Shown piece after piece: positions 25,229 through 39,269 of a stretch of 64,000 bases of DNA. The stretch is from positions 94,736,001 to 94,800,000 of the forward strand of contig OZ024741.1 of assembly GCA_964016885.1 (NCBI GenBank), given 5' to 3'. Origin of the DNA: Eledone cirrhosa. Lineage: Eukaryota. Each line of letters opens with the position of its first letter. Within the stretch, counting starts at the first letter, position 1. The notes beneath the pieces are model-generated. The model saw only the letters and a list, made by a program, of their open reading frames with translations, searched no databases and was not told the origin of the DNA. Both the position numbers and the translations under genes were made by a program.

Positions 25229-25928
25229 AAACATAATGAACAGTTGAAACACTTGATAATAACAAATATTAGTCAGCCTACAGGTTGTTGTTGTTTAGCC
25301 TTGAGTAAGTTAAGATCATGTAGATTCATGAACAAAAGTGTTTGAGTCATGACCATTTCACTTTTTTTCAAACATAATGTATCTAGGACTACATTACCCA
25401 ATAAGTCCTTCCCATTTTTAAGATGCCAAGGGAGAGAGATTTGGCTGCTAATTCTGGTTGGTAAATCCACATAGAGGTCCCCACATTGTTTATCAGTCAT
25501 GATGCCATTGTTGTTTAGCTTAAGGTCAACCCTGATAGAGGAGACCTATGACCAAAGGCATTCCATGCACAACTGCCTCATATTTTTAAGGAGATCTAAA
25601 ATAATGTTATCTAATGTTTCTTTATCTTTTTTTAAAGGAAGATTTTACAGCTATTTTTAGTAGACTGTTGTAGCTCTCAGTCGTGAAGTAGATCAAATAT
25701 GTTATATTTATTTATAGCTTGCTGAACTGAGCCAGTAAATGCTAAATATCTTCTTCCCTGGACCCATTTTCTGCCTGAATTGATAAAATGACTGACATCC
25801 CTTTTTTTCATAAGATGTTACTTGAACATGTTTTGTCTACTCTGAAGTGATCAAATACAAATCAATTCAGAAAGAAAGTGGAACTGATAAGAATGTAAGA
25901 ATGTGGGATCAAACTTATTCCATTTAAG

Positions 25929-26268
25929 CAGAGGTTCTAAAAAATTTGCACACAAGCCACTCCTCACACACACATACACGGCTATAATACCCTCAGTGCA
26001 CTGGAAACCTATTTCCAGAAAGACTTACCTACACGCAAATTGTAAATAAAATATAATAAATAAAATCATAAATTATATATAGTAAATAATATAATATATA
26101 CTATGTTTAAATAAATATTATATATCTTTTATCTTACTATATTTATATATAATATGTATCATTTGATATTTAATGTACTATCATTACTATCACCCTGATC
26201 CCCACCGCCCCCTTTGGCCCCAGCGCCCCCTTGGACCTTCTCAATGCCTCCCACTTTGAGAACCTCTG
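25929..26268. mobile_element. hAT (Charlie-like) MITE
   Basis: cagaggttct...agaacctctg termini; 8-bp TSD catttaag/cattaaag. Confidence 0.8.
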
Positions 26269-27052
26269 CATTAAAGTAACAGTTTAGCAATTTTAACCCT
26301 TTTGATACCAACCTGCCAAAAACTACCTCTAGTATGAAACAAAACTACCTTTTTTAAAGGGCCACTATTTAAATTAATATCTTCAAACATAATTTGGTAT
26401 AAGAAAATTTTGTTATATTATGTTATAAATACCATCTTAATAATGAAATAATTTATAATATTAGTAAATCCCTCCAAATTCTTCATTAATTAGTTAAAAT
26501 GCAGCATATTTAACTAGAAATATGGTAACAAAAGGGTTAAATTTTCAATTATCTTCATTGTCTTTCACTCATACACAGATATTAACCAAATTTTGGTCCC
26601 CCAGCCAGTAAAAGTAGAGGTCAAAGTTATGAGAACAGCAAAATTCCTGTCAGGAAGTGAAAAATCTAAAAATATCAAAATAGATAATCAAATAACTTCA
26701 CAGACAGTGTAAAACTTGAGAGAATCGTCAGAATATAATGCTGACTTAGAAATACATTCTGCTACAACTATGGTAACAAGATTAAAATGGGCTCAATGCC
26801 AAAGACAGATTGGCTTTTGCTTTAAAAAAAAATTGAAAAAAACAGAAGAGGAAGAAAAAGGAATAATAAACATTTATAAAAAAATATGTATAAAAAAAAC
26901 TCTAATACCAAATAAACTGGTTCTAAAATGTGTGAATGAATGTATAGACCATATTCACGCACATATATGTATATACATATATATATATATATATGTATGT
27001 GTGTATATATATATATATATATCATCATTTAATGTCCATTCATATATATGTG

Positions 27053-27090
<38 letters not shown>

Positions 27091-27849
27091 TATATACATA
27101 CATACATATATATATATATACATATATATATATATCATCATCATCATTTAATGTCCATATATATATACATTGAGAGAGAGAAAAGGTTGGGCAGCTAAAT
27201 TAAGACTGTTTCAAAATGTTATATCTTAATAGGTATTGTGAATTAAGAGATAATATTTTACATATAATGAGTAAGATATTAACTTTAGGATTTTTGTTAT
27301 AGATTGTGATAGATTATACTAGAGTTATGAAAATACTGTGATGAAATGTTATTATTGAAATAAGATATACTGGACATAACTCTTGTGACATCATTGCTGA
27401 GGTAGAGTATATGAAGACAACAGTTTACCATACTTAGACTCAGCTTAACTCTTTCATTACCATATTTCTAATGAAATACACTGTATTTCAATTAATTAAG
27501 AAATAATTTTGAGGGATTTACTAAAATGGTTTATTATTGTATTACTAAGATAGTAAATTAACACTTTGTTCTTATATGAAATTATTTTGGAAGATTTAGA
27601 TATAAATAGAAACTCTTTAAAATGGGTGTTTATGCTTCATAAAATCAGAACCAGTATCTGCAGTCATCACAAACATATCCACTCCATTCTGGCAGATTTA
27701 AAACAATTTGTTGTATCAAATTCACTTACCATCATGACTAGACTCCAAAAATACTGCAATGTGAACAGAAAGATAAAAACTTAGACACTTAAAAATTACT
27801 GAAGCATGAATATATATATGTTCACAGGCAACGAAGCATTCTCACAGCC

Positions 27850-28640
27850 TGTTCTAAAGGTATTAGGGATGTGAGATCTCCAAAGCTTCCCAAATACCTG
27901 AAGGTTATGAAAGAAAAAGTGGGAGTTCTTGGCAATAAGAAATTTGTGGTCAACCAAATTATCAGTTGCTACAACTACAGGGTTATTGCTTTTGAGCCTT
28001 TGAAAGTTCTTGCTATGATGCAAAGTAAGAACCCAGTTTCAGTGATGGTGTTTGAATTTGTCACAAGCCACAGACATATATAGCACCTCATTTCATCAAA
28101 GCTGGTCTTATGATCATCAAAACTGAAGGAATGAATATCCTTGACAAAGTTCTGATGAAATATCATCACCATCATTGTCATCGTCATCATCATCACCATC
28201 ACCACGACTATCTTCATCATTATTATCCCATCACCAGCACTAACACCATCATCATCCTCATCATCATCACCAACATCATTAAACAATTTGATCCAAATGA
28301 GGTTATGTTAATCCACAACTCTGCACCAAACCATGGTTCAAAGCATGTGCAGGATTATTTGAAGGTGAAACTTCCACTGTTTTTCTACGAGGAAGTCTTG
28401 CTTTATAGCTCACTGAATTCATTTAACCTTTGGACATTGAGCATCATTGAGGAGATGTCCAATGCAACATATCACAGCAGCATCACTTTGACGAAGGGTG
28501 AAGACTGCTATTAGGAGATATTCAGGTCTACCGGTGAGGATGGGGCAAAGGAGTGGAGGGTGGCGGGCATACAGAACCTTTCCCATCCATATTCAATCAA
28601 TTACAACTTTTGATGGTGGACATATTGAGTAATATTTTTT
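27850..28640 (+). mobile_element. Decayed Tc1/mariner-superfamily (maT-like) transposase, split by a (CAT)n array
   Basis: KNPVSVMVF, HNSAPNHGSKHVQDYLK (QDxAPxH motif), C-terminal DGGHIE*. Confidence 0.65.
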
Positions 28641-28905
28641 CTTATGTTATTATTATGTTATGACAAGTAAATATATAAATATTCATGTTGTTGCTGTTAT
28701 TGTTGCAGCTTCTGTTGCTGCTATTGCTTTTGTTACTGCTATTGTTGCTACTTCTGTTGCTGCTGTTGCTTCTGCTGCTGCTTGTTGCTGTTGCTGGTGA
28801 TGCTGTCTGCTTTGACTGAATGGTTAACCCTTTCAATACCATATTTCTAATGTATTTGAATTGATTAATGAAGAATTTGGAGTGACTTACTAAAATGATT
28901 TCATC

Positions 28906-29320
28906 GGTGGATTGGCATTATCAGTAGAGGGTCGGACGCCATGCTTTGACGCATAGAGTTACGGCCCTTGCCATTCTGAGTTCGAATCCTGCCGAGGTTA
29001 ACTTTGCCTTTCATCCTTACGGGGTCGATAAAATAAAGTACCAGTAATGCACTGGGTAATTACTGGCCTTGTGCCAAAAAGTAGAAACAATTATTAAAAC
29101 AGTTGAGGGCAGTGGGTTGGCAGAGTTGTTATAATGTTGGACAAAATGCTTAGTGGTATTTAGTTACGTTCCAACTTCAAATCCCATTGTGGTCAAATTT
29201 CTCTTTCATTTTCAAGGGGCCAAGAAAATACAGTCAGTACCAGTTAAGTACTGGTGTTGATATAATCAACTTTCCTCTCCTTACAAATTGCTGGCTTTGT
29301 GCCTAAATTGGAAATAATTA
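28906..29320 (+). mobile_element. Young plus old dominant SINE copies nested in a piggyBac-like MITE
   Basis: Diagnostic SINE motifs lie between the ttaaccc/gggttaa termini 28824-29468. Confidence 0.8.
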
Positions 29321-29774
29321 TTAAGATGGTATATGCAACACAATATATGATTATTATATAAAATTATTTTGGGAGCTTATAATTTACATAGGACCCCTTT
29401 AATATGTGTGCTTTTATTCCATAAGACCAATGGCAGTTTGGAGTGATTTTTGGTATCAAAAGGGTTAAAAATATAGATCATAAGTTTGTGCCTTGTGGTG
29501 GTAATGATTGCTGTAGTAAGGTTGATAACTGGTTGTTATAGTTGCTATTTATAATGATGATGATGGTGGTGGTGGTGGTGGTGGTGGTGGTGGTGATGAT
29601 GATGGTGGTAGTGGTGGTGGTGGTGGTGGTGGTGATGATCATGATGATGGTGACTGCAATGACAATGATGACAATGACGACAATAACAGTGATAATGATG
29701 ATGATGATGGTGATGATGATAGTGGCTGATGCTCTTCTAAAAATTATTTACTTCATTCCTTGAAAAGTTAATTT

Positions 29775-30250
29775 CAAAAGTGCCAGAACTTTTAGTTAAA
29801 CCGTTATAAATGTGAAATAGAAAAAAAAAACAACAACAAAAATAACAACAAAAATAACTGTAACAACAACAACAAAACAGCAATAAAAGCAAAAGATCAA
29901 ATAGTTATATTTGAATTATATATTTATAAATCAAAATAGTCTCTAGTATAAATAATTCAAATTTTCCCCTCATCCATTTTTGCAAATAAAACCATAAATT
30001 CTAAATGAAGTAAATATTTTCAATCATTCTCTTTGAGATGTTGCCACTTTTTGACAACAACCTCAATTCCTTGTTTATAAGATTCTTGCTTGGCTTTCAA
30101 TTGAAAATACAAACACACAAACGTTTGATAGTGTTGTTACTATTTCTTCAGATTGGTCTCTCCTATTCTTCTGTCTAAGACATAAGAAATGTAAGACATA
30201 TATCAGTTGATGTATCTTTGCTAAATAGCAATTTATTCAACCAAGTTCTT
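29775..30250 (-). mobile_element. Very decayed mariner 3' remnant
   Basis: Minus strand AKQESYKQGIEVVVKKWQHLKEND resembles the mariner C-terminus. Confidence 0.4.
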
Positions 30251-31129
30251 TGATCTTTATATTTTTTTTAATCTAAGCACAAGAAGAATTGTGTGTTTAG
30301 CTGATAAGGCACAGTACTTTGGCAATTAGTCAAAATTTCTTCAATACTACACCGCCAACTCCATCACTATCGAGCAATCTCCATCACTGCTGTCAAGACT
30401 TTAGCACTGTCTTCTTCACTGATGTAACCATCATCACCATAACTATTGTAACCCCCAACACCACAAACAAATACTGTACCACCACCATCATAAATGCTAC
30501 TGAGACCAACTTCTTTATAACCATAAGCATCACCAATATTGTTATCGTGTCTTCCCCACCCCCACCATTACTACTTTCAGAAATTCTTTGCAGTCATCTC
30601 TATAAATGTATTTACCACCATCACTATAACAACTCCTCAACAACTATTTACTACAACAACCATTTCAGAACTTTTATCTCAACAGCCTCTCATCAAAATA
30701 AGTACCAGTAATATACTGAAGTCAGATTAATCTCCTATATCTACCTCTTCTCTACATACCAGCTATAACCACACCAATATGAGAGTGGCATAGCACACAC
30801 AGTTTTTCTACATTTTTTTAAAGACAGTATGGTTTGATTTGAGAAAGATTTGGCTATTATTTCTAACAGATTGAGATATCATACCTCATTGGCCCAAGCA
30901 CCACTAGGTACCGCTATCAATGTTTAACCTCTTCATGCTGTAGACGAGATAACTCGTCCTAACATGTTTGAACTCCTTTCCAACACTGCATAACTTCAAA
31001 GCTAGATGGGGTTACTAGTTTATTGATGTGATGTTTGTCAATCAAAAGTCATTTTACTGGAAAAAAAAACAACACAGCAACTGTAGCTGTGTAAATATAT
31101 GTGGAAGTCAACAGATTAAGGAGGATGCT

Positions 31130-31575
31130 AGGGTGTCAAATTGGCAGAGTTATTATGGTATCAGCTAGAATGCTTGATAATACTCATTCTGGCTCTGTGT
31201 TCTGAGTTTAAATCCTGCTGAGATCAATTTTGCCTTTCATTCTTTTGTGAGTCAATAAAAAGAAATCAGTCAACTTTCTGCTTACATCAAATTGCTGGCT
31301 TTGTGCCTAAATTTGAATCCTTTATCATCATCATCATCATTATTATTATTAAGGGTGGTGGATTGGCAGTATCGGTAAAACATCGGACACCATGCTTTGA
31401 GGCATAGAGTTATGTCCCTTTACATTCTGAATTCAAAACCCACTGGGGTTAGCTTTGCCTTTCATCCTTAGGGGGTCGATAAAATAAAGTACCAGTCACA
31501 CACTGGAGTTTGATATAAATGACATTCTCCTCCCCAACAATTGCTGGCCTTGTGCCTATATCAAAAATCATTATA
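31130..31575 (+). mobile_element. Two dominant SINE copies; another at 32751-32947
   Basis: Diagnostic motifs. Confidence 0.8.
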
Positions 31576-31599
31576 ATTTGAAACTTCCTTTGAATTCTG

Positions 31600-32725
31600 C
31601 TTATTTCCCAAATCATGCAGATGATTTCACAAGGGAACAAACATCTGTATATGTCTTTGTAAAGTTTTTAAATTGATAATGCCCTTCTCAAGACATGGAC
31701 AGTGCCAGTCAGCACCATCTTCTGTATCTCTTGCAGAGATGGCTTACCAGGTATCCGGTCCAAATATTTTTCAGTACTCTTTTTTTCATCATTCCAAGTA
31801 CTCCAACTATCACTGGTATTATACAGGCCTTAAGATGCCTCATTTTCTCAATTTCAATTGAATACTTACTGAGCTTTCCAAACACTTTTGAGATGTTATG
31901 ATTTGATGGAATGCTAATGTAAATTAAGAAATATGTTTTCTCTTTATGGTCCTTCACAATTATATTGGGTCTGTTGGCCTTGATTATTCTGTCAGTGTTC
32001 ACAGGAAAATCCTATAGGATTGTAGCATTCTTGCTTCTTGTTACTGCATCTGGGTAATAGTTATACCATTTTCCCTCCGTTTTCAGAAAATAAAACTTTC
32101 ACATTACCCAGTGTAAATATTGCTCCACTCTATCGTGCTTCATTTTATATTCCTGGGGAGCTAATACTTTGCAGCCTGAAACCAGGTGGTCAATGGTCTC
32201 AACATGCTCATCATAGAATTGACACTTTAGGTCAATTCCATTTCTGATCACATTAGCTTGAAAGTTATATTTTGAAAGACACTGGTCTTATGTAGCCAAA
32301 ATGAAGCCCTCACTCTCTACCTTTAGCCCAGAACTCTGCAGCTACTGATGGGTGAGAATTTGATCTATATCAGGTTTTTGGCAATGGAGAACATTCTGCC
32401 CAGGCAATGGTTCTTGCTCCCATTTAGTATACAGTCTCCATTGACCTTCATATTTTACCAACATTTTGATGTTCTTTGTGGCTTTAAATGCAAAATAACC
32501 ATAATTTTAAAAATGTATTCCCAATTCTTCCACAAACTTACTACTTTCCTTTGTGACTAAATGTAACTTCTTCCTTTTGTGATCTGCAACCATGTTCATC
32601 ATCCAGTCATCTGTGGTTTCAAGGTACTGATCAAGTCCAATGGTCAACATTTTACACAACAGCTCATCAAGCTAGATCATTCCTTTACCTCTGTTTTATC
32701 CAGGGAGATAGAGGTGATCCACATC
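31600..32725 (-). mobile_element. R4/Dong-like non-LTR retrotransposon 3' fragment (restriction-like endonuclease)
   Basis: DFPVNTDRIIKANRPNIIVKDHKEKTYFLIYISIP...KLSKY...IIPVIVGVLG; upstream LQSSGLKVESEGFILA and HLYLP motifs. Confidence 0.8.
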
Positions 32726-32949
32726 TGTTGTTGTTGTTATTATTATTATTAATTGGCAGTATCGGTAGAGAGTCGGACGCCATGCTTTCCAGCATAGTTA
32801 AAGTTCCTTTACAGTCTGAGTTCAAATCTCGTCGAGGTTAACTTTGCCTTTCATCCTTACGGGGTCGATAAAATAAAGTACCAGTAATGTACTGGGTAAT
32901 TTCTGGACTTGTGCCTAAAGTAGAAACAATTATTATTATTATTATTAAA

Positions 32950-33990
32950 TAGTAGAGCATGTCTCTAATCAGTTATGCTATATCTCTTTCTGTAACTTAC
33001 CCAACCTCACCCATCAATTTAATTCCTCCAGTTTTCTTTTTTCAAACACATCACTTTTGCCTTCATAGCAATTGATGTTGATACTGGTCTTAGGGCATAA
33101 CACCATCTTATATTATCTGATTGACTATGCATGTGACAAGCATGTGTGCTATTTCACCAAATATTTTTAGCATCTCAGTAACTACATCTGACAGTCCAGA
33201 TGCCTTGATCAATCTGTCAACTGTAAAGCTCTCAACTTCTATATCTAAACTCTCTTAAGATAAACCATGTCTCCCCCGTGCATTCCAGTTAATCAACAAT
33301 CTCTCATAATAGCACTTCAATGCCTCTTTCTTTTCAATATCAGGCAAGGGCACAGTTAACATTTTCATATAAACTTTTCCACAATGATATCTCAATTTTC
33401 CTTAGCACACTGTCTGAGTATACCTATCACCTGGGTTCTCTTCTAACTACTTGGTATTTCTCTGTTGTCATTTTTCTCAATCTTTCCAAGTATGTCTGTT
33501 AGCTTTTATGGCACTTTCTACAGTATTATTCAATAGCTTGATTCCTAAAAACACCCACTTTTTTTCTATGCTATAATTATCTATCTCCTTCACCCTTATA
33601 TTATAAATGTCAACTAAAACCTCTCTCAACATACGACTAGCTGAGAGATCTTTCATTTTCCATGCCTTCTATCTTCAAATTGTCTCCTGTCCCTGAGTCA
33701 GTGTAGATCTTATTCTGAAGTCACTAATCACTAATCTATGTTGGGTGGTAAATTCATCCCTATAAAATGACTCAGCATTTACAACCACCTATCATATTTC
33801 CTGATGAGAATGAAGAGTATCTGGCTTGTAATTTACCCAATTACTATCAGGTAGTTGGTCAGTTTCTTGAAGTTCACATGGTAAATGGTTAGGTCATTTG
33901 CAACATAGAACTCCAGCAGCCTTGACTATTTTCATTCCTTACACTATACCCATAACCTCCATATATGCCAGAGAAGCCCTCATGGCACCA
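32950..33990 (-). mobile_element. Highly decayed RTE-like fragment (endonuclease/linker); similar debris at 42140-42400, 54540-55070, 56340-56780
   Basis: Scattered RTE-like motifs with many stops. Confidence 0.45.
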
Positions 33991-34008
33991 TCAGAGAGTC
34001 CAACCAAG

Positions 34009-34041
<33 letters not shown>

Positions 34042-35444
34042 TGTATGTATGTATGTATGTATGTGTACATTCCTAAAATGTTTTTAAGCCATATTCAATT
34101 ATATTTAACAGTGACATTAGAGCATCAGATAGAATATCTTGTGGTATTTGTTCAGGCTCTCTACACTATGAGTTCAAATCCTGCTGAAGTCAACCTTGCC
34201 TTTCCTCCTCCTGAGTTGATAAAAATATTAGCTCCTGCAGATTGTGAGATCCTAAACTGCAGCTTGTTTACCTTATGTCTAAATTTAATACTGAATAGTG
34301 TCTGTTGCCTTCTAAAGTGATTAGCTTGACTTTCTGTAGGTTAATAATTGTTTCTACTTTAGGCACAAGGCCAGCAATTACCCAGGTTAATAATGGAGAG
34401 AGTTAAGAATGTGGGTAAGAAGGCAGTTCCAAGCTGCTATAGGTCCATGTAGAAAAAAGACTGTCTAGATATGGGAAAGGGGAGAGGCAGGTACTTTAGA
34501 TAGGTTTGAAAGAAGTGATTCACGGTTGGAATATTTAGAATCAAGAACACTGATGTATGACCCTTATTACATCCCAATCTATAAGAGGCTAGGAACACTG
34601 TTGAAATGAATATAAACTCATAATTGGTTGATTGATCCTTGGTTTTAACGATGAGCATTCAATTATTCAATCAACTGAACATCTTACTTGTCATATAAAT
34701 ATATGAACAGTGAGTATTTCACAGACACATGTACCTTTAGTATAAAGAGTCTCAGTGGAATTCAAAGTCACATTTCCTCCTTGACACTGTGTAATAATAA
34801 TCACTACACTAAGTTTGTTCAATAAAATTCATTTACTATACTAAGATGTCATAAAAAAAAACATCTGTTGAAGTCACACTGCGTTCTCACATTTATAACA
34901 TTTCTCTCATATATAATCATTATATCTGAACATTTAGATATATTTAACGTGTAAACGTGCTAAAAAGTTCTAAAATTCAATTAACTAGGTATATTATGTG
35001 GTGAGATATATGACTTGGGCTGCTGTCAGTGAAAAGGAAAAAGAACAAGGTTGACAAACACTGTTTTAAACCATAAAATATTGAACCAATCAGTTTGAAC
35101 CTATCAAAACAAGAGTTCTATAGATTATTTGAAGCTATTGTTAACATTTTGTTTTATCTTTGGAAGAATCTTTGGAAGATCAAAATCTCCATATTATGTC
35201 CCTAACACCACTTCTTTTTTATTTAGTGTTTTTTTTTTTTTGTTCCTACCAAAATCTGAAAAAATAAAAGACTGAGTGTCTGGTATAATCTTTCAGCATC
35301 TTGATTTATTCATTTATTGTTTTAGAATAATTAATGTTTATTAATTTAAGATCATGACAAAATAAAACAATTGATATTCAACATTGCCAGCAAAATATAT
35401 CATGTTATCAGTTGATAATCATAAGTCAATGAGGTTGTGATAGA

Positions 35445-35750
35445 TGTTAGTGCTGAAGATGTTTCTTGGTTAGCAGTCTGATGTTAAATATCTGATGTAA
35501 TGTACTACTTTTTGGTCTGAAGCCTACCTGTTCTACTGCAAAGATTTCTTCTCCTTTACCCTTTGGTCAGTTTAAAAGAACTCTTAGCAGTACTTTACTG
35601 GGGTGGTTTATCAAATTCATGGTTGTCTAATTTTGGCAGTCTTGGGAATGTGTATCATCAGGGAATGGGTCCATTCTTTTGGCCACTGCTTTGTTTCCCA
35701 TGCCAAAAATAGTTCATATTTGGTTGGTTTTCACTTCTGTATCTTTTATA
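35445..35750 (-). mobile_element. RTE (BovB-like) RT fragment
   Basis: WETKQWPKEWTHSLMIHIP...NLINHPSKVLLRVLLN...EQVGFRPKSSTLHQIFNIRLL. Confidence 0.85.
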
Positions 35751-35820
35751 TCTCCAGTGAGTGTGTTCTGTTATTATTTCTGGCAATATTATTACAACAA
35801 TATGTCCCTCCCCAAGTATA

Positions 35821-35990
<170 letters not shown>

Positions 35991-36046
35991 GAGCAAAGGT
36001 AAAAAATATTTATAACTCAATTGTATGTGAAGAATTATATATAATA

Positions 36047-36315
36047 CTAGCAGTGGTACCCGGCGTTGCACGGGATAAGGTATTTTTGAACGCAGGCCGC
36101 CAACAGATCTAATCATGGAAAAACTGCATGCCTGGACAATATGTAAAGAAAATAAACCGAATACTCTGATGGCTGGATAATCTTTAAGATTTTCCTCGAT
36201 AAAGTAGGAAAAATGCAGGTTTTCACCTAATGCGGGCCCTAGGGGATCAAGAAAAGGAATTTTTTTTATATGTGCATAATATGCCTTGAAATTTCGGGAA
36301 AATCGGCTAGACATT
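36047..36315 (-). mobile_element. Non-autonomous Helitron 3' end
   Basis: Minus strand hairpin cccgtgcaacgccggg a few nt before terminal CTAG, followed by T. Confidence 0.75.
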
Positions 36316-36384
36316 TACATGTGACCTTGTAGACCACCTACGCTCTCATGCACATTTCTGCATTGTTAACAGCAAAGTTAGGAA

Positions 36385-36565
36385 GTGTGCACATATGGAT
36401 CAAGAAGCACATGACAAAGCACTTCTTCTGTCAAAAACCACCTTGACAGATACCACTGCCAAGATATTGAAGTCACCATAGAGGGAACAGATAGGAATGT
36501 GGGCAATTTAAGAATCAAAGATGCTATTATCATCAACATGAAAAAGCCACTAATAAATAATAGAT
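36385..36565 (+). mobile_element. Penelope-like GIY-YIG endonuclease C-terminal remnant
   Basis: With one frameshift reads IKKHMT..SSVKNHLDRYHCQDIEVTIEGTDRNVGNLRIKDAIIINMKKPLINNR, matching the RIKEH...H...LxIxEAxxI...KPxLN pattern. Confidence 0.6.
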
Positions 36566-36819
36566 TACAAATGCATTTCCCCACTCACACATATTTTAGA
36601 CACTTAAACCAGTTGGGGAAGAACTCATCAATCATTCATTTTATTTTGAATCATTTTTGTTTTTACATTTGAAAAGAGGATATCAGCCCTGAAATATTAT
36701 GTTGAAATATATTGGGTAAAACATTATTTTGTTTTCTTTAATTTGTCATCCTTTGCCCTTTATATATTTCTACTGCATTGTACTGGCTTTCTGATACAAC
36801 TTAGTCATTTATGACATAT

Positions 36820-39160
36820 ATATGTTCAGGATTGCTAGGCAATGTGTCAAGGAAAACCGTGATATTGTCGGGGAGAAGTGTGTACTTAATGATGAAGGCG
36901 TACTTGCCATCACTGACGCCGATAAGAAGGTAGCTTGGAAGTGTCACTACGAAAGGCTTCTAAATGAGGAGAATAAATGGGAGAAAGACAGTCTCCCCCA
37001 CATCGACCCAATAGAGGGACCAGCAGTGTTAGTTGAAGGTAGTATAATAAGTAAGGCAATCAAAGATATGAAGGCGGGTAAGGCGGCTGGGCCTTCGGAA
37101 ATAGTTGCTGAGATGCTGAAAGCCTCTGGAACGGTGGGACACACCATGGTCTCCCGGATAGTAAACCAAGTCATACAGAATGGGGTTGTTCCAAAGGACT
37201 GGCGTAGCAGCATCATCATTAACTGTTACAAGGGTAAAGGAGATGCCCTAGATAGGTGTAACTATAAAGGCATTAAATTAATCGACCAGGTCATGAAGGT
37301 CACAGAAAAAGTAATAGCGCAACTAATCAGAGAGAGAATTGCAGTTCGGGTTTGTGTCAGGCAAAAGTACCACAGACGCTCTTTTCATTGTACGACAACT
37401 ACAGGAGAAGTACCTAGCTAAAAGTAAACCCCTATACTTAGCTTTTGTCGACTTGGAGAAAGCCTTCGACAGAGTCCCCCGTTCCATTATCTGGTGGGCT
37501 CTTAGAAAACTAGATGTTGACGAATGGCTTGTCAGAGCTATACAAGCCATGTATAAAGAAACAGTCAGCAAGGTTAGAATTAACAACGAATATAGTGAAG
37601 AGTTTAGCGTAAAAGTTGGTGTCCATCAGGGCTCTGTTCTTAGCCCCCTACTATTTATTATTGCCCTTCAGGCTATAACAGAGGAGTTCAAGACCGGCTG
37701 CCCATGGGAACTCCTATACGCAGATGATCTAACGCTCATAGCTGAATCAATGGCCGAGCTAGAGAAGAAATTCCAAACATGGAAGCACGGCCTAGAATCA
37801 AAAGGCCTTAAAATTAACCTGGCTAAGACTAAAGTTCTAGTTTGTAGGAAAGAAAATAAGGCGCCGGTCCCTTCCGGGAAATGGCCATGCTCAGTGTGTA
37901 GGAAAGGCGTAGGTAGAAACTCTATTTTATGTCCCAAATGCAAAGTATGGGTGCATAAAAGATGTAGTGGGATCACAGGTAAGCTAACTAAGAACATAGA
38001 TTTTACATGTGGCCGGTGCTCTGGTGCAATAAGTAGCAGCAAGTGCCCACAAAATACTAGCTCTTTCAATTGCGCAGAGGGTTCTATAGAAATAGTGGAC
38101 AGCTTCCATTACCTGGGCGACAAAATCAGCAGTGGGGGAGGGTGCTCTGAAAGTACAGTAGCTAGAGTCAGAACTGGTTGGAAAAAGTTCAGAGAGCTTA
38201 TACCACTATTAGCCGCTAAAGGGTTCTCCCTAAGAATGAAAGGCAGGTTGTATGATGCCTGCATACGAACAACAACGTTGCATGGCAGTGAGACCTGGGC
38301 ATTGTGTGCAGAAGATATACGCAGACTAGAGAGGAACGAGCTTGCATGCTCCGCTGGATGTGTAATAGTAACATACGTGAACGGCAAAGCATAAGCGAAC
38401 TAAGGAAAAAATTAGAAATAAGAGGGATCAGATGTTGTTTACTCGAGAGAAGGCTACGTTGGTATGGTCACGTGATGCGCATGAAAGACGACAGCTGTAT
38501 AACAAAGTGCAGGGCAATAAAGATAGACTGTAGCTACGGAGTAGGCAAACCCAGAAAAATCTGGGACGAGCTGATAAATTCTGACCTCACACACTTACAC
38601 CTCTCCAAGACAATGTCACTGGACCGAGACCTTTGGCGGTACTCAGTAATAGAGAAGACCCGCCTTACCTAAATACAAAGTAAAACCTACTACAGCCAGT
38701 AGGCATCTCTAACTAAATACACCCCCGTCCCACCACCCCCACCCCATCCACACCGCCCCTTCAATGTAAAGTTATGTTGGTGCCACAACATCCAGGCCGA
38801 AACAAATGAGATCGTGTAGACACAGTCCACGCTGTAATGTGGTCGTGTAGGCAACACGATAAAAACCTCCCAGCCCCACACTGTAAATGTGGTTGGTGTT
38901 AGGAAGGGCATCCAGCTGTAGAAAACCTGCCAGACAGTCCACACTGTAATGTGGCCGTGTAGGCAACACAGTAAAAACCTCCCAGCCCCACACTGTAAAT
39001 GTGGTTGGTTTTAGGAAGGGCATCCAGCTGTAGAAAACCCGCCAGACGGTCCTATGCGAGCAAGATAATCACTCTTGCCTCAAGTGGGAAAACCCCCGTC
39101 CAAACCCATGAAAGCGTGGAACACGGACGTTAAACGTTGATGATGATGATGATGATGATA
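36820..39160 (+). mobile_element. 5'-truncated RTE-like LINE (copy 2), near-identical to copy 1
   Basis: ORFs 36822-37421, 37339-38394 and 38304-38672 form one frameshifted ORF (14-nt and 1-nt deletions relative to copy 1); (GAT)n tail. Confidence 0.95.
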
Positions 39161-39269
39161 TGTATATATGTATATATCATCATCATCATCATCACCGTTT
39201 TACGTCCGTTCTTCCACGCTAGCATGGGTTAGACGTATGTATATATTATATATATTTATATATATATAA

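Noticed and set aside
31352-32947. R4/Dong-like element as the mobiliser of the dominant SINE
   Set aside because: No shared 3' tail visible; adjacency is explained by common ATT/TAA-rich sites.
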